Part shown: positions 19,326 through 31,000 of the stretch, piece after piece
How positions within the stretch are numbered: the first letter of the stretch is position 1
Layout of the letters: the number at the start of each line of letters is the position of its first letter
Assembly: GCA_023665725.1 (NCBI GenBank)
Contig: JAMPDH010000002.1
Location: forward strand, 7,893-71,892
Source: Clostridium sp.
Lineage (GTDB): Bacteria > Bacillota_I > Bacilli_A > RF39 > UBA660
Direction of reading: 5' to 3'
DNA length: 64,000 bases
The notes under the pieces: model-generated
Told to the model about the DNA's origin: nothing
What the model saw: the letters and a program-made list of their open reading frames with translations, nothing else
Databases searched by the model: none
Program-made: the position numbers and the translations under genes

Positions 19326-20276
19326 CTAATCTTCATCACGGAATCTAAGTCCCATCTCTTTAATCTTATCAATTACTTCCTTTAAAGATTTTTTACCTAG
19401 ATTACGTATTTTCATCATTTCTAACTCTGTTTTTTCAGTTAAATCTCCTAATGTATTAACATTAGCTCTTTTTAAACAGTTATATGCTCTAACTGATAAA
19501 TCCAAATCATCTATTGGTGTTTCCAACTTCTTAAGCTTGCTATCCTCTTGTTTAGCATTCATAATACCAGTTACATCAGCTATTTCATTAAGATCAGTTA
19601 CTATATTTAAATGCTCAATAAGTATTTTAGCAGACAATGCCATTGCTTCCTCTGGCTTAATTGAACCATTTGTTTGAACATTCATTATTAACTTATCATA
19701 GCTTGCATCTTGTCCAACGCGTGCACTTTCTATATCATAACTAACTCGTTCAACGGGTGAATAAAGTGCATCTATAGGAATAAATCCAATTTTATTTCCC
19801 TCAATATATTTTTTATTATCAACAGATGGAACATATCCTCTTCCATTTGCAACAATTAGAGTCATTTCCAATTTGCCACCTTTTGAGATTGTAGCAATAA
19901 CTTGATCTTTATTTACTACCTCAACATCTGGGTCAAGTTCAATATCCCCCGCTGTAACTACTCCCTCTGTAGAAGCACTCAAATGAAGTTCTTTAGTTTC
20001 ATTCGTTAAATTTTTAAGAACTACATTCTTTAAATTTAGAATGATTGTTGTAACGTCTTCAACTATACCATCAATTGTTTGAAATTCATGCATAACCCCA
20101 TCTATTTTAATAGCAACTATTGCACTTCCTGGCATACTTGATAACATAACTCTTCTTAAAGCATTACCAATTGTTGTTCCAAAACCTCTTTCTAAAGGTT
20201 CAAGTTCAAATTTTCCAAAATTATTATTCTCTATATATTCTGTAATTTTATACATTGGTTTTTCAAAATTCAACAT
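19326..20276 (-). CDS. rpoA: DNA-directed RNA polymerase alpha subunit
   Basis: GFGTTIGNALRRVMLSS ... C-terminal domain LDLSVRAYNCLKRANVNTLGDL. The track start (20327) lies inside rpsK; ATG at 20276 (MLNFEKPMYK) with an AAGGAAG Shine-Dalgarno is preferred. Confidence 0.93.
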   Translation of the reverse strand: MLNFEKPMYKITEYIENNNFGKFELEPLERGFGTTIGNALRRVMLSSMPGSAIVAIKIDGVMHEFQTIDGIVEDVTTIILNLKNVVLKNLTNETKELHLSASTEGVVTAGDIELDPDVEVVNKDQVIATISKGGKLEMTLIVANGRGYVPSVDNKKYIEGNKIGFIPIDALYSPVERVSYDIESARVGQDASYDKLIMNVQTNGSIKPEEAMALSAKILIEHLNIVTDLNEIADVTGIMNAKQEDSKLKKLETPIDDLDLSVRAYNCLKRANVNTLGDLTEKTELEMMKIRNLGKKSLKEVIDKIKEMGLRFRDED

Positions 20277-20296
20277 GCAAAAGCACTTCCTTTCTT

Positions 20297-20680
20297 TTAA
20301 CCACGAGGGCGTTTTGGTGGACGACATCCATTATGTGGGATTGGTGTAACATCAGATATAGTTGTTACCTCTAACCCTGCTGTTTGTAAAGACCTAATAG
20401 CTGTTTCACGACCAGAACCTAATCCCTTAACATAAACTTCTACCTTTTTCATACCCATATCAACTGCAGCTCTTCCCGCAGCCTCAGCAGCCATACCTGC
20501 TGCGAATGGTGTCGACTTTTTACTTCCTTTAAAACCTAAAGTTCCCGCAGAAGCCCAACTTACAGCATTACCATCAACATCACTAATTGTTACAATTGTA
20601 TTATTAAATGTTGAATGTATAAATGCTTTACCTTCTGGGATATTCTTTTTTATCTTACGCTTTCTTGATTTATAAGCCAT
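20297..20680 (-). CDS. rpsK: 30S ribosomal protein S11 (uS11)
   Basis: ...[18 protein letters not shown]...[10 protein letters not shown]... Confidence 0.95.
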   Translation of the reverse strand: MAYKSRKRKIKKNIPEGKAFIHSTFNNTIVTISDVDGNAVSWASAGTLGFKGSKKSTPFAAGMAAEAAGRAAVDMGMKKVEVYVKGLGSGRETAIRSLQTAGLEVTTISDVTPIPHNGCRPPKRPRG

Positions 20681-20703
20681 TAAAATAACCTCCTTTTTTA
20701 AGT

Positions 20704-21069
20704 TTATTTCTTCTTGTTAGCAACAACTTTTCCTTTTCCTTTACGAGTTCTTGCATTTCTATTTGTTCTTTGTCCTCTTACAGGCAAACCTTTTTTATGA
20801 CGTGAACCTTGATATGAATTAATTTCCATTTTAGTCTTAATATTCATGTTAACTTCACGACGTAAATCTCCTTCAGTTAAGTAGTTATTAAGTTCATCAC
20901 GGATAAGTGATAATTCATCATTTGATAAATCTCCTGCTTTTCTGTTCTCATCAATATTTACTTTTTTTAGTACTTGAGTAGCTAAACTTTTACCTACACC
21001 ATAAATATAAGTTAAAGAAATAACAATTCTTTTATTATTAGGTATATCTACACCCTTTATACGTGCCAT
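20704..21069 (-). CDS. rpsM: 30S ribosomal protein S13 (uS13)
   Basis: [26 protein letters not shown]... Confidence 0.95.
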   Translation of the reverse strand: MARIKGVDIPNNKRIVISLTYIYGVGKSLATQVLKKVNIDENRKAGDLSNDELSLIRDELNNYLTEGDLRREVNMNIKTKMEINSYQGSRHKKGLPVRGQRTNRNARTRKGKGKVVANKKK

Positions 21070-21086
21070 TATCTACACACCTCCCA

Positions 21087-21200
21087 TTAGCCTTGTCTTT
21101 GTTTATGTTTAGGGTTTTCACAAATTACATATACTTTACCCTTACGTCTTATTATTTTACATTTATCACAAATTTTTTTTACTGATGGTCTTACTTTCAT
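21087..21200 (-). CDS. rpmJ: 50S ribosomal protein L36 (bL36)
   Basis: Below the track length cutoff. My own translation is [37 protein letters not shown] (37 aa), located between infA and rpsM. Confidence 0.9.
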   Translation of the reverse strand: MKVRPSVKKICDKCKIIRRKGKVYVICENPKHKQRQG

Positions 21201-21229
21201 AATCTACCCTCCTAATTACTCACTTATAG

Positions 21230-21457
21230 TTAATTTGTATTTCCTTTTCTATAAGTTATACGCCCACGTGTTAAATCATATGGAGACAACTCCACAACTA
21301 CTGTATCACCTACTAAAATGCGAATATTATACATTCGGATTTTACCAGAAACGTGAGCAATTACAGTATGTTTATTTTCTAATTCTACTTTAAATTCGCC
21401 ACTAGGCATTGCCTCTATTACCTTCCCTGTTACCTCTACAATGTCTTCTTTAGCCAT
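21230..21457 (-). CDS. infA: translation initiation factor IF-1
   Basis: 75 aa with [30 protein letters not shown]... Confidence 0.95.
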   Translation of the reverse strand: MAKEDIVEVTGKVIEAMPSGEFKVELENKHTVIAHVSGKIRMYNIRILVGDTVVVELSPYDLTRGRITYRKGNTN

Positions 21458-21461
21458 AATT

Positions 21462-22208
21462 TCACCTCTTTGTTAAAATTTCATACCCATCTTTTGTTAC
21501 TAAAACTGTATGTTCAAAGTGCGCTGAAGGCTTTCCATCAGCAGTTATAACAGTCCAATCATCATCAAGTAAATATATATCAGCAGTTCCTAAATTAAGC
21601 ATAGGTTCCACTGCAATAACCATTCCCTCTTTTAAGGTATGTCCAGTATGCTCTTTCCCATAATTCGGTACATCAGGAGCTTCATGCACACTTGTTCCAA
21701 CTCCATGACCAACTAATTCCTTAACAACACCTAAATTATATTTATTAGCAACTTTGCTTACTGCATAACCTATATCTCCAACCTTAGCTCCATTTTTGAT
21801 AACTGATAATCCAGCAAATAGAGCTTCCTCTGTGTGTTGTAAAAGTTTTTTATTTTCATCACTTATATTTGAAACAGCATAAGTCCAAGCAGAATCTCCA
21901 TGATATCCTTTATAACAGGCACCTATATCAATAGATATAATATCGCCTTCCCTTAATTTTCTATTTGAAGGAATTCCATGAACAACTTCATCATTTATAG
22001 ATGTACATATAGTTGCTGGATATCCCTCATACCCTTTAAATGAAGGAGTTGCATTACGGCTCAAAATATAATCATATGCAAGTTTATCTAAATGCTTAGT
22101 AGTTACTCCTGGTTTTATATATTGTTCTAAATAGTGATGTGTATCACCTACTATGCGTCCTGCAATCCTCATCAGTTCAATTTCTCTTTGAGACTTAATG
22201 GTTATCAT
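21462..22208 (-). CDS. map: type I methionine aminopeptidase
   Basis: 248 aa with ...VVHGIP...DIGA...HGDSA...GHGVG...EPM... metal ligand pattern. Confidence 0.92.
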   Translation of the reverse strand: MITIKSQREIELMRIAGRIVGDTHHYLEQYIKPGVTTKHLDKLAYDYILSRNATPSFKGYEGYPATICTSINDEVVHGIPSNRKLREGDIISIDIGACYKGYHGDSAWTYAVSNISDENKKLLQHTEEALFAGLSVIKNGAKVGDIGYAVSKVANKYNLGVVKELVGHGVGTSVHEAPDVPNYGKEHTGHTLKEGMVIAVEPMLNLGTADIYLLDDDWTVITADGKPSAHFEHTVLVTKDGYEILTKR

Positions 22209-22863
22209 TTGAAACCTCCAATACTTTTTCTATCTGCTTAAAAACATCTTCCTCTTTCAAATTACCATTTATTTTAAACAGCCTGTTACTCTTTTCATAA
22301 TATTCGAGAAGTGGCTTTATTTCGTTATAATAGGTATCATAACGCTTATTAAGTGTATCAATATCATCATCACTTCTTTTTTGTAATGACGTATTACAAT
22401 TATCACATATCCCAAGTTTTTTTGGTTTAGAATCTTCAAAATACTCGTTATAAACGGCATTACATTTAGGACAAATCACTCTTCCTAAAACTCTATTTAT
22501 AGCTATGTTTTTATCTAAATCCAAAAATATTACTATACTATCTGGAAAATCTATTTCACGAATAATTTTATCATAGGCAATAGCTTGATCTAAATTTCTT
22601 GGAAAACCATCTAATACATAATAATCTGAACGGTTAAGTTCTTGTAACTTCTTCTTCAATAAATGTATTACAATTTCATCGCTTACTAATTTACCAGAAT
22701 TAACTATTTCAGTTATTTGTTTTCCAAAAGTACTATTAGAGCCCATTACATTTCTAAGTAAATCTCCTGTTGAAATATGAATTAATCCATATTTTTCTTT
22801 TAATAAACTAGATTGAGTCCCTTTTCCAGCAGCAGGTGGTGCGATTAAAATAATATTTTTCAA
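22195..22863 (-). CDS. adk: adenylate kinase (zinc-lid type)
   Basis: P-loop APPAAGKGTQ. LID with CPKCNAVYN ... CDNCNTSL. It overlaps map by 14 nt and secY by 4 nt. Confidence 0.92.
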   Translation of the reverse strand: MKNIILIAPPAAGKGTQSSLLKEKYGLIHISTGDLLRNVMGSNSTFGKQITEIVNSGKLVSDEIVIHLLKKKLQELNRSDYYVLDGFPRNLDQAIAYDKIIREIDFPDSIVIFLDLDKNIAINRVLGRVICPKCNAVYNEYFEDSKPKKLGICDNCNTSLQKRSDDDIDTLNKRYDTYYNEIKPLLEYYEKSNRLFKINGNLKEEDVFKQIEKVLEVSNDNH

Positions 22864-24164
22864 TACCTGCGTGTCCCTTTTTTATAATTTCTACTTACAA
22901 CTTGACTTTCAAGTTGCTTATATGTTTCAAGACAAACACCAACTACTATTAGTAACCCTGTTCCACCTATTGTAACTGAACTATCTAATTTTGTTACATA
23001 ACCAAACACTATTGGCAATGCCGCTATTATTACTAAACCAATACTTCCAACTACAGTTAATCTCTTTAATACTTTAGTTATATAATCTGCAGTTTCTTCA
23101 CCAGGTCTAATACCTGCTATATATCCACCATTTTTTTGTAAATTTTCTGCCATTTCTTTTGGTCTAATTTGTAAAAATGTATAAAAATATGAAAATGCAA
23201 AAATAAGTACAACATATAATATAATTCCGGTTGGTGAAATATCACCAGTCGATGAAGTTATTGATAACCATTTACTAACAAAAGTACTAAATGCATTATT
23301 TTTTATAAATCCTGCAATTATCCCAGGAATAGATATAAGCACTGATGCAAATATTACAGGAACAACACCTGCTGAATTTAATTTAAATGGTATGTAATTT
23401 TGATTACCTCCATATGCACTACTTACAGTTTTTGTAGAGTATTGGACAGGTATTCTTCTTTCAGCACTTTGAACATATATTATTCCGATTATTACAGCAA
23501 AATATATAATTACATAAAGTATAAATAATAAAATACCTGTTATACTAGCTGAATTACCTATTAAAGAAGTAAATGCTTTTTCAAACATACTAGGCATACT
23601 AGATATAATTCCAGCCATAATTATTATTGAAATACCATTTCCTATTCCCTTTGCAGTTATTTGATCTCCCAACCATAATACAAAGCAAGTACCTGCTGTT
23701 AAAACAAGTGCAAATTGTAAAAATTGCATTATTTGAGCAGAATCTACTACAGGTCCATGCTCAATAAATGTAAAAGAAAATATAAATCCTTGTATAAAAG
23801 CAAGCGCTATTCCAGTTATTCTAGTTATTTGATTTAATTTTGCTCTACCTGTTCCACCTTGTTTTCTAAGTTCTGCTAAATAAGGAACTATATCCATTTC
23901 AAGTAATTGAATAATAATAGAAGCAGTAATGTAAGGACTTACTCCTAATGCAAATATCGAAAAATTCGATAAAGCTCCTCCACCCATTATATCCAATAAT
24001 TCAAAAAATTCTAAACCTTTAGTCCCTAATGCATATTGGTCAATACCAGGAACTATAATAGAAGTTCCTAATTTAAATATGAATAAAGCAGCAAATGTGA
24101 ATAAGATTCTTTTTTGTAAATCCCTATTCTTACGATTAAATATTTGCCTAATTGTTGCAAACAT
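22860..24164 (-). CDS. secY: preprotein translocase subunit SecY
   Basis: 434 aa polytopic membrane protein. ...GVSPYITASIIIQLL... is the SecY signature, in the conserved position after rplO. Confidence 0.95.
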   Translation of the reverse strand: MFATIRQIFNRKNRDLQKRILFTFAALFIFKLGTSIIVPGIDQYALGTKGLEFFELLDIMGGGALSNFSIFALGVSPYITASIIIQLLEMDIVPYLAELRKQGGTGRAKLNQITRITGIALAFIQGFIFSFTFIEHGPVVDSAQIMQFLQFALVLTAGTCFVLWLGDQITAKGIGNGISIIIMAGIISSMPSMFEKAFTSLIGNSASITGILLFILYVIIYFAVIIGIIYVQSAERRIPVQYSTKTVSSAYGGNQNYIPFKLNSAGVVPVIFASVLISIPGIIAGFIKNNAFSTFVSKWLSITSSTGDISPTGIILYVVLIFAFSYFYTFLQIRPKEMAENLQKNGGYIAGIRPGEETADYITKVLKRLTVVGSIGLVIIAALPIVFGYVTKLDSSVTIGGTGLLIVVGVCLETYKQLESQVVSRNYKKGTRRY

Positions 24165-24166
24165 TT

Positions 24167-24610
24167 TTAAATCACCTCTGCTTTTCCACCTAATTTTTCT
24201 ATTTGTTCTTTTGCGGCGTTAGAAAATTTATTAGCTTTTACAACTAATTTTTTTTCTAAAGTACCATTTCCTAATACTTTAATTCCATCTAATTGATTTT
24301 TAACTAATCCCATTTCTTTAAGTAGTTCTGGAGTTACTACTGCATTATCTTCAAATTTATTTAAATCACTCAAATTAATTACTGCATATCTTACCTTAAA
24401 CATTGCATTACTGAAACCTCTTTTTGGAAGTCTTCTAAATAGTGGTAATTGTCCACCTTCAAAACCTGGTCTTACTCCACCGCCACTACGAGCGTTTTGA
24501 CCTTTATGTCCTTTTCCACTTGTTTTTCCAGTTCCACTTCCAGTACCACGTCCTAATCTTTTTCTAGTTTTAGTAGCACCTTCATTTGGTTTAACATTAT
24601 ATAATTTCAT
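24167..24610 (-). CDS. rplO: 50S ribosomal protein L15 (uL15)
   Basis: ...[23 protein letters not shown]... Confidence 0.95.
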   Translation of the reverse strand: MKLYNVKPNEGATKTRKRLGRGTGSGTGKTSGKGHKGQNARSGGGVRPGFEGGQLPLFRRLPKRGFSNAMFKVRYAVINLSDLNKFEDNAVVTPELLKEMGLVKNQLDGIKVLGNGTLEKKLVVKANKFSNAAKEQIEKLGGKAEVI

Positions 24611-25116
24611 TATAATATCTCCTCAACTTTTTTTCCACGTAATTTAGCAATTTGTTCTGCTGTTCTTTGCATTTTTAAGGCCTCTAATGTTGCAAATGCC
24701 ATATTAATTTTAGTTCTTGAACCAAGTGATTTAGATAATACATCTTTTACTCCTGCAAGCTCTAGTACAGATCTTACTGCTCCACCAGCTTTTACTCCAG
24801 TACCGGCTTTTGCAGGTTTAAGCATAACTTTACTAGCTCCTCTTACGCCTATAGCGTCATGTGGAATTGTTCTTTCATCAATTATAGATACTCTTACTAC
24901 ATTTTTAGTCGCTGCTTGTACGGCTTTTTTTATTGCATCTGGTACTTCATTAGCTTTACCTGTACCAATTCCAACTTGCCCTTTTCTATCACCAACTGCT
25001 ACTGTAGCAGAGAAACGGAAATGACGACCACCTTTTGTTACTTTAGTAACACGCCCTATATTAATTATTGCTTCTTCAAATTGTTTTTGGCGTGGTTCTC
25101 TTTTAACCTTTTCCAT
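24610..25116 (-). CDS. rpsE: 30S ribosomal protein S5 (uS5)
   Basis: ...[26 protein letters not shown]... It overlaps the rplO start by 1 nt, with no rpmD between them. Confidence 0.95.
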   Translation of the reverse strand: MEKVKREPRQKQFEEAIINIGRVTKVTKGGRHFRFSATVAVGDRKGQVGIGTGKANEVPDAIKKAVQAATKNVVRVSIIDERTIPHDAIGVRGASKVMLKPAKAGTGVKAGGAVRSVLELAGVKDVLSKSLGSRTKINMAFATLEALKMQRTAEQIAKLRGKKVEEIL

Positions 25117-25131
25117 CTATTCCCCTCCTTT

Positions 25132-25494
25132 TTAGAATTCTAAACCATTTTCGCGAGCTGCTTCCGCTAAAGCCTCTACACGACCATGATATAGATATCC
25201 ACCTCTATCAAATACTACTTTTGTAATTTTTTGTTTTTTTGCTCTTGAAGCAAGTAATTTACCCACTTCTTTAGCTGCTTCTACGTTGCTTCCATTTTTA
25301 AGATTTAACTCTTTATCAATAGAAGAGGCGCTTACTAGTGTTTTTCCAGCTTCATCATCGATAATTTGAGCAAAGATATTGGCGTTTGATCTAAACACAT
25401 TTAATCTTGGTACTTGATTAGTTCCAGATAAATTTTTTCTTATACGTTCATGTCTATATAAACGTGCAACGTTTCGAGATTCTTTTTTTATCAT
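25132..25494 (-). CDS. rplR: 50S ribosomal protein L18 (uL18)
   Basis: ...[18 protein letters not shown]...[12 protein letters not shown]... Confidence 0.95.
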   Translation of the reverse strand: MIKKESRNVARLYRHERIRKNLSGTNQVPRLNVFRSNANIFAQIIDDEAGKTLVSASSIDKELNLKNGSNVEAAKEVGKLLASRAKKQKITKVVFDRGGYLYHGRVEALAEAARENGLEF

Positions 25495-25513
25495 GAATTT
25501 CTCTCCTTTTCTA

Positions 25514-26047
25514 TTACTTAGAAGCTTTCTTACCTTCCTTGCGACGAACTCTTTCGCCTTTATAACGAATTCCTTTACCCTTATATGGTTCAGGTTCTCT
25601 TATTTTTCTTATTTCAGCAGCAAATTGTCCTACCTTTTGTTTATCTATACCTTTTATAGTCAACTCTGTATTACTTGGGCAACTTAATTCAAGTCCAGCA
25701 GGTATTTCTACCTCAACAGGATGTGAATATCCAGCAGTTACAACTAACTGATTACCTTTTAGTGTGAAACGATAACCAACACCAATTGTTTCTAATTCCT
25801 TTTGAAATCCATCAGAAACACCTATAATCATATTTTTTATGTTAGCATTTGCTGTTCCATGAAACTGTTTTAAACTATCGTTATCTCTTGATAATGTTAC
25901 TTCATTACCTTCTACTTTAACTGTTATTCCAGATTTTATTTCAGTAGAAAGTTCCCCTTTAGGACCTTTAACTGTAACTACATTATCAGAAGTTGATAAT
26001 GTTACATTAGAAGGTAATGATAGTATTCTATTTCCAATACGACTCAT
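25514..26047 (-). CDS. rplF: 50S ribosomal protein L6 (uL6)
   Basis: [16 protein letters not shown]...[10 protein letters not shown]... Confidence 0.95.
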   Translation of the reverse strand: MSRIGNRILSLPSNVTLSTSDNVVTVKGPKGELSTEIKSGITVKVEGNEVTLSRDNDSLKQFHGTANANIKNMIIGVSDGFQKELETIGVGYRFTLKGNQLVVTAGYSHPVEVEIPAGLELSCPSNTELTIKGIDKQKVGQFAAEIRKIREPEPYKGKGIRYKGERVRRKEGKKASK

Positions 26048-26062
26048 ATTAATCCTCTCTTT

Positions 26063-26458
26063 CTACCAAATAAACGCTAATACTTCTCCACCTAATGATT
26101 TTTGTCTTGCTTCTTTATCTGTCATTATTCCCTTAGAAGTAGAAACAATTGCAATACCTAAACCATTTAATACACGTGGTAATTCTTCTGCCTTAGCATA
26201 AACACGTAATCCTGGTTTTGAAATTCTTTTTAATCCAGTAATAACGCTTTCTTTCTTTTCCCCATATTTTAAACTTAAAACAATTATACTTTGGTTTTCG
26301 CCTTCTTTAACTTTATAATCGTTAATATAACCTTCTTCCTTAAGTATTCTTGCAATTTCTAATTTAATTTTTGAAGTAGGAACTTCAACCTCTTTATAAC
26401 GCATTGCTTTAGCATTACGTATTCTCGTAAGCATATCAGCGATTGGATCTGTTACCAT
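26063..26458 (-). CDS. rpsH: 30S ribosomal protein S8 (uS8)
   Basis: [16 protein letters not shown]...GGEVLAFIW. Confidence 0.95.
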   Translation of the reverse strand: MVTDPIADMLTRIRNAKAMRYKEVEVPTSKIKLEIARILKEEGYINDYKVKEGENQSIIVLSLKYGEKKESVITGLKRISKPGLRVYAKAEELPRVLNGLGIAIVSTSKGIMTDKEARQKSLGGEVLAFIW

Positions 26459-26476
26459 ATATATCCTCCCTTCATT

Positions 26477-26662
26477 CTACCAGCTAGATTTTTTAACACC
26501 TGGTATTTGTCCTTTATAAGCTAGTTCTCTAAAACAAATACGGCATATTCCATATTTTCTAAGTACAGAGTGAGGTCTTCCACATCTTTGACAACGTGTA
26601 TATCCACTTACCTCATGCTTAGGTTTACGACTAGCCTTTACAATTAAGCTTTTTTTAGCCAT
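26477..26662 (-). CDS. rpsN: 30S ribosomal protein S14, zinc-binding short type (uS14)
   Basis: 61 aa with [25 protein letters not shown]. Confidence 0.95.
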   Translation of the reverse strand: MAKKSLIVKASRKPKHEVSGYTRCQRCGRPHSVLRKYGICRICFRELAYKGQIPGVKKSSW

Positions 26663-26678
26663 ATTATCCTCCTAATAA

Positions 26679-27218
26679 TTATTTTCTAAATGGCATTCCG
26701 AAACCACTTAATAAATCAAGTGCTTCTTCATTAGTCCTTGCTGTTGTAACAAAAACTATATCCATTCCACGTACTTTAACAACGTTGTCATATTCGATTT
26801 CTGAGAAAATTAATTGTTCAGTAAGACCTAATGTATAATTTCCCCTTCCATCAAATGATTTTTTTGACATTCCCCTAAAATCACGAACACGTGGTAAAGT
26901 AATACTTATTAATTTATCTAAGAAATTATACATATTTTCTCCACGTAAAGTAACTTTACAACCTATTGTTTGACCTTCTCTTAGTTTAAAACCTGCAATT
27001 GCCTTCTTTGCTTTAGTAGGGATTGGTTTTTGACCTGTGATTTGTTCTAAATCTGCCATAGCTGCATCTATTAATTTACTATTAGCAGTTGCATCTCCTA
27101 CTCCCATATTTATTACAATTTTATCTAATTTAGGAACTTCCATAACACTCTTATAAGAATGTTTTTTAACTAACATTGGTACAATTTCTTTTGAATATTT
27201 TTCTTTTAGGTGGTGCAT
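26679..27218 (-). CDS. rplE: 50S ribosomal protein L5 (uL5)
   Basis: ...[16 protein letters not shown]...[11 protein letters not shown]... Confidence 0.95.
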   Translation of the reverse strand: MHHLKEKYSKEIVPMLVKKHSYKSVMEVPKLDKIVINMGVGDATANSKLIDAAMADLEQITGQKPIPTKAKKAIAGFKLREGQTIGCKVTLRGENMYNFLDKLISITLPRVRDFRGMSKKSFDGRGNYTLGLTEQLIFSEIEYDNVVKVRGMDIVFVTTARTNEEALDLLSGFGMPFRK

Positions 27219-27236
27219 TATTTAACCTCCTTCCAA

Positions 27237-27545
27237 TTAATCAAGATTTTCATTAGATTTTTTTGAAACTCTAATTTTTTTACCTTTTTTATCAGTTGTA
27301 TGTCCTATTCTTGTTCTTTTCTTTGTTTTTGGATCTATTATCATTACATTTGAAGCGTCAATTGGAGATTCCATATCAACTATGCTTCCTGCTGATTGTC
27401 CATTTGGCTTTATATGCTTTTTAATCATATTAGCGCCTTCTACAATTACTTTGTTTTCTTTTCTTAAAACTTTAGTAATAGTTCCTTCTTTTCCTTTAGA
27501 TTTTCCGGAAATTACAACTACTTTATCTCCTGTCTTAAATTCCAT
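27237..27545 (-). CDS. rplX: 50S ribosomal protein L24 (uL24)
   Basis: ...KTGDKVVVISGKSKGKEG... KOW motif. Confidence 0.95.
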   Translation of the reverse strand: MEFKTGDKVVVISGKSKGKEGTITKVLRKENKVIVEGANMIKKHIKPNGQSAGSIVDMESPIDASNVMIIDPKTKKRTRIGHTTDKKGKKIRVSKKSNENLD

Positions 27546-27560
27546 ATTTTTTCCTCCAAC

Positions 27561-27929
27561 CTATAATACTTCTTTAGCAAGTGACACAATTTTCATATAA
27601 TTTGCATCACGTAATTCACGAGCTATTGGTCCAAATATACGAGTTCCAACCGGAGTCTTATCATCCTTGATAATAACACATGCATTATCATCAAATTTTA
27701 TATAAGAACCGTCTTTTCTTCTTAGACCGAATTTACTTCTAACAACTACAGCTTTAACCACTTTACCTCTTTCAACTGTACCGTTAGGAGTGGCTTTTTT
27801 TACAGTTCCAACTACCACATCACCAATATTGCCAGTTTTTACTTTGCTTCCACCAAGTACTCTGATAACCATTAATTCACGAGCGCCTGAGTTATCGGCA
27901 ACTTTTAAACGACTTTGTTGTTGAATCAT
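27561..27929 (-). CDS. rplN: 50S ribosomal protein L14 (uL14)
   Basis: [27 protein letters not shown]... Confidence 0.95.
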   Translation of the reverse strand: MIQQQSRLKVADNSGARELMVIRVLGGSKVKTGNIGDVVVGTVKKATPNGTVERGKVVKAVVVRSKFGLRRKDGSYIKFDDNACVIIKDDKTPVGTRIFGPIARELRDANYMKIVSLAKEVL

Positions 27930-27955
27930 ATATTAATCCTCCTATTCGTTTACAA

Positions 27956-28213
27956 TTACAATATAATTGCTTTTTCTACTATTTCAACTAAACGGAAATG
28001 TTTAGTTTTAGAAAGAGGTCTAGTTTCTCTAATACGAACTGTATCTCCTACACTAGCCTCATTTTTTTCATCATGAGCAGCATATTTTTTTGAATATTTG
28101 TAACGTTTACCATATAATGAATCTTTTTTATAAGTTTCAACTAAAACTGTTATAGTTTTATCATTTTTTGCACTTACAACTTTTCCTACTAATTCTTGTA
28201 CTCTACTTTCCAT
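27956..28213 (-). CDS. rpsQ: 30S ribosomal protein S17 (uS17)
   Basis: ...[19 protein letters not shown]... The track start is 28246; ATG at 28213 (MESRVQ) with AGGAGG upstream is preferred. Confidence 0.93.
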   Translation of the reverse strand: MESRVQELVGKVVSAKNDKTITVLVETYKKDSLYGKRYKYSKKYAAHDEKNEASVGDTVRIRETRPLSKTKHFRLVEIVEKAIIL

Positions 28214-28223
28214 TAATTCCCTC

Positions 28224-28418
28224 CTACTCTGATATTTCACGTTCACGCAAAATAGTCTTCATGCGAGCAACTAATTTTCTTAATTCTCTAATTCTTGAAG
28301 GTTTTTCAAGATTCCCTGTAGCTTGACTTAAACGTAAATTGAATAATTCTTCCTTATATTCACTGATTTTTTTATTTATTTCTTCAGTTGACATATTTCT
28401 AATTTCTTCATTTTTCAT
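28224..28418 (-). CDS. rpmC: 50S ribosomal protein L29 (uL29)
   Basis: [29 protein letters not shown]... The start is trimmed from 28430 to 28418. Confidence 0.93.
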   Translation of the reverse strand: MKNEEIRNMSTEEINKKISEYKEELFNLRLSQATGNLEKPSRIRELRKLVARMKTILREREISE

Positions 28419-28839
28419 TAGTCTCACCACTTTCTTTCTTTACAAATTTACATTTTATAGGAAGTTTGTGCATTGCCAAACGTAAAGCTTCTCTAGCAGT
28501 AGCTTCATCAACACCTGATACTTCAAACATAATTTTACCTTTTTTTACAACTGCTACCCATACTTCAGGCTGACCTTTTCCTTTACCCATACGAGTTTCC
28601 AAAGGAATCTTAGTTAATGAAAGATGAGGAAATATATTAATGAATACTTTTCCACCACGTTTCATATAACGAGTCATAGCAACACGAGCTGCTTCGATTT
28701 GTTGCTGAGTAATCCAAGCTCCTTCTTCAGCTTTTAAACCGTATTCTCCAAAATGAAGTTCTTTGTTTCCTCTAGTAACTCCATCATATACTAAACGATG
28801 AGGACGACGGTACTTAGTTCTTTTTGGAATGACTGCCAT
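28408..28839 (-). CDS. rplP: 50S ribosomal protein L16 (uL16)
   Basis: [15 protein letters not shown]... The track start (28905) lies inside rpsC. ATG at 28839 has GGAGG 8 nt upstream and still overlaps the rpsC 3' end by ~26 nt. Confidence 0.93.
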   Translation of the reverse strand: MAVIPKRTKYRRPHRLVYDGVTRGNKELHFGEYGLKAEEGAWITQQQIEAARVAMTRYMKRGGKVFINIFPHLSLTKIPLETRMGKGKGQPEVWVAVVKKGKIMFEVSGVDEATAREALRLAMHKLPIKCKFVKKESGETNEK

Positions 28840-29494
28840 TTTCATTACCTCCCTTATTTTTCTTTTCAGGAAGGATTTCTCCTTTATAAATCCATACTTT
28901 AACACCTATTTTTCCGTATGTTGTATCTGCTTCTTTATGTGCATAATCAATATCTGCTCTTAAAGTATGAAGTGGTACATTTCCTTCTACATATCCTTCT
29001 GTTCTAGCCATATCAGCTCCACCTAAACGGCCTGATACTGATGTTTTAATTCCCTTTGCTCCCGCTTTCATTGCATTTCTAATTGCTCTTTTTTGAGCTA
29101 TTCTAAATGAAACACGATTTTCAATTTGATGTGCGATATTTTCAGCAACAAGTGCTGCTACGACATCAGGATTTTTAATTTCCATAATAGAAATTTGTAT
29201 ATTTTCCTTTGTCAAATTTGATAATTCTTTTTTTAATTTTTCGATTTCATCTCCACCATGACCAATTACTACGCCTGGTTTTGCAGTATTTATAATTACA
29301 TCAACTTTATCTTTTGTTCTTTCAATAAGAATATTAGCAACAGATGCATCTTTTAATTTTTTTTCTAAAAATCTACGTATTTTAACATCACTATTTAAAT
29401 ATTTAGAAAAATCTTTATTATTTGCATACCATTTAGATTCCCATGTTTTGTTGATGCCCATTCTAAGTCCGACTGGACTAACTTTTTGACCCAC
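28814..29494 (-). CDS. rpsC: 30S ribosomal protein S3 (uS3) with short basic C-terminal extension
   Basis: [24 protein letters not shown]... KH domain; tail ...[18 protein letters not shown]. Confidence 0.95.
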   Translation of the reverse strand: MGQKVSPVGLRMGINKTWESKWYANNKDFSKYLNSDVKIRRFLEKKLKDASVANILIERTKDKVDVIINTAKPGVVIGHGGDEIEKLKKELSNLTKENIQISIMEIKNPDVVAALVAENIAHQIENRVSFRIAQKRAIRNAMKAGAKGIKTSVSGRLGGADMARTEGYVEGNVPLHTLRADIDYAHKEADTTYGKIGVKVWIYKGEILPEKKNKGGNENGSHSKKN

Positions 29495-29511
29495 GAGTTT
29501 TCCTCCTTTGC

Positions 29512-29844
29512 TTATTTTTCACTAACAACTATCTTAATATGACTTGTTCTCTTTTTTATTGGATCTACATGACCACGAGAACCAAATTTCATTCTTTTCA
29601 TTACTTGTCCTTCATTTACAATTGCCTCTTTAACAAATAATTTAGTTTTATCTAAACTTAAGTTATTTTCAGCATTTGCAACTGCAGAAACTAATACTTT
29701 TCTAGATAGCCTAGCTGCTTCTTTATTAATATTTTTTAATATTTTATCCGCTTCTTCTACGCTTTTTCCACGTATCAAATCTATAACTAAACGAGCCTTA
29801 CGAGGTGCAATTCTAACTCCTTTTGCAATCGCTACTGCTTCCAT
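29512..29844 (-). CDS. rplV: 50S ribosomal protein L22 (uL22)
   Basis: ...[17 protein letters not shown]... Confidence 0.95.
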   Translation of the reverse strand: MEAVAIAKGVRIAPRKARLVIDLIRGKSVEEADKILKNINKEAARLSRKVLVSAVANAENNLSLDKTKLFVKEAIVNEGQVMKRMKFGSRGHVDPIKKRTSHIKIVVSEK

Positions 29845-29870
29845 TTTAGTCCTCCTTCCTGATACTTAAA

Positions 29871-30140
29871 TTATTTTCCTTTATTTTCGCCATGTCCGCC
29901 AAATTTACGTGTAAATGAAAATTCGCCTAATTTGTGCCCAACCATATCCTCAGTTATATAAACAGGTATATGTTCTTTTCCGTTATGAACAGCAAATGTA
30001 TGCCCTACGAATTCAGGGTAAATTGTTGAACGACGAGACCATGTTTTAATTATTTCTTTTTTTCCTGATTGATTAACGTTTTCTACCTTTTTTAATAGAT
30101 AACTATCCACAAAAGGCTTCTTTTTTAAACTTCTAGCCAT
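29871..30140 (-). CDS. rpsS: 30S ribosomal protein S19 (uS19)
   Basis: [12 protein letters not shown]...[24 protein letters not shown]. Confidence 0.95.
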   Translation of the reverse strand: MARSLKKKPFVDSYLLKKVENVNQSGKKEIIKTWSRRSTIYPEFVGHTFAVHNGKEHIPVYITEDMVGHKLGEFSFTRKFGGHGENKGK

Positions 30141-30158
30141 TTAATTCAATTCCTTTCC

Positions 30159-30989
30159 CTATTTTTTGCGACGGCGAACAATTAACTTATCGCTTGCTTT
30201 TTTATTACTACGTGTCTTATAACCAAGTGCTGGTTTACCCCATGGTGTCATTGGAGTCTTATGCCCTACTGGTGTACGACCTTCTCCACCTCCATGAGGG
30301 TGATCATTTGGATTCATTACAGAACCACGTACATGTGGTTTAATTCCTAAATGTCTCTTACGACCTGCTTTGCCAAGATTTACCAATTCATGGTCAGCAT
30401 TTCCAACTTCTCCAACGGTTGCTCTACAAGTACTTAGCACTTTTCTTACTTCTCCACTTGTTAAACGTAGTAAAGTATATTTTCCTTCGTTTCCAAGTAT
30501 TTGAATACTAGATCCTGCTGTACGAGCCATTTGCCCACCTTTGCCAGGTTTTAACTCAACATTATGAACTAGTGTTCCTTCTGGTATATTTCCAAGTTCT
30601 AGAGTATTTCCAATTTTTATATCAGTTTTAACTCCACTTTCTACTTTATCCCCTACTTTTAATCCTTTAGGAGCAAGTATATATCTCTTTTCACCATCAG
30701 AATAGTTAATTAAAGCAATATTTGATGTTCTATTTGGATCGTATTCTATAGAAGAAACAACACCAATAACATTATCTTTATTTCTTCTGAAATCAATAAT
30801 ACGATATTTTCTTTTAGAACCGCCACCACGATGTCTTAGTGTTATCTTACCTTGATTATTACGACCACCATTTTTCTTTAAAGTAACAGTCAATGATTTT
30901 TCTGGTTTAGAACTAGTTAATTCTGTATTAACAAGTCTTGACATTCCACGATTACCATTGCTTGTTGGTTTAATTGTCTTTATAGCCAT
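30159..30989 (-). CDS. rplB: 50S ribosomal protein L2 (uL2)
   Basis: ...[16 protein letters not shown]...[14 protein letters not shown]... Confidence 0.95.
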   Translation of the reverse strand: MAIKTIKPTSNGNRGMSRLVNTELTSSKPEKSLTVTLKKNGGRNNQGKITLRHRGGGSKRKYRIIDFRRNKDNVIGVVSSIEYDPNRTSNIALINYSDGEKRYILAPKGLKVGDKVESGVKTDIKIGNTLELGNIPEGTLVHNVELKPGKGGQMARTAGSSIQILGNEGKYTLLRLTSGEVRKVLSTCRATVGEVGNADHELVNLGKAGRKRHLGIKPHVRGSVMNPNDHPHGGGEGRTPVGHKTPMTPWGKPALGYKTRSNKKASDKLIVRRRKK

Positions 30990-31000
30990 TGTAAACCTCC

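Noticed and set aside
20277-20327. N-terminal extensions of track ORFs that run into the upstream gene: rpoA 20327, rplP 28905, rpsQ 28246, rpmC 28430, spoVT 48072, helicase 4529, ung 43379, rsmI 52866.
   Set aside because: Internal ATGs with properly spaced GGAGG-type Shine-Dalgarno sequences give N-termini that match the conserved starts of these families. The extensions are longest-ORF artefacts.
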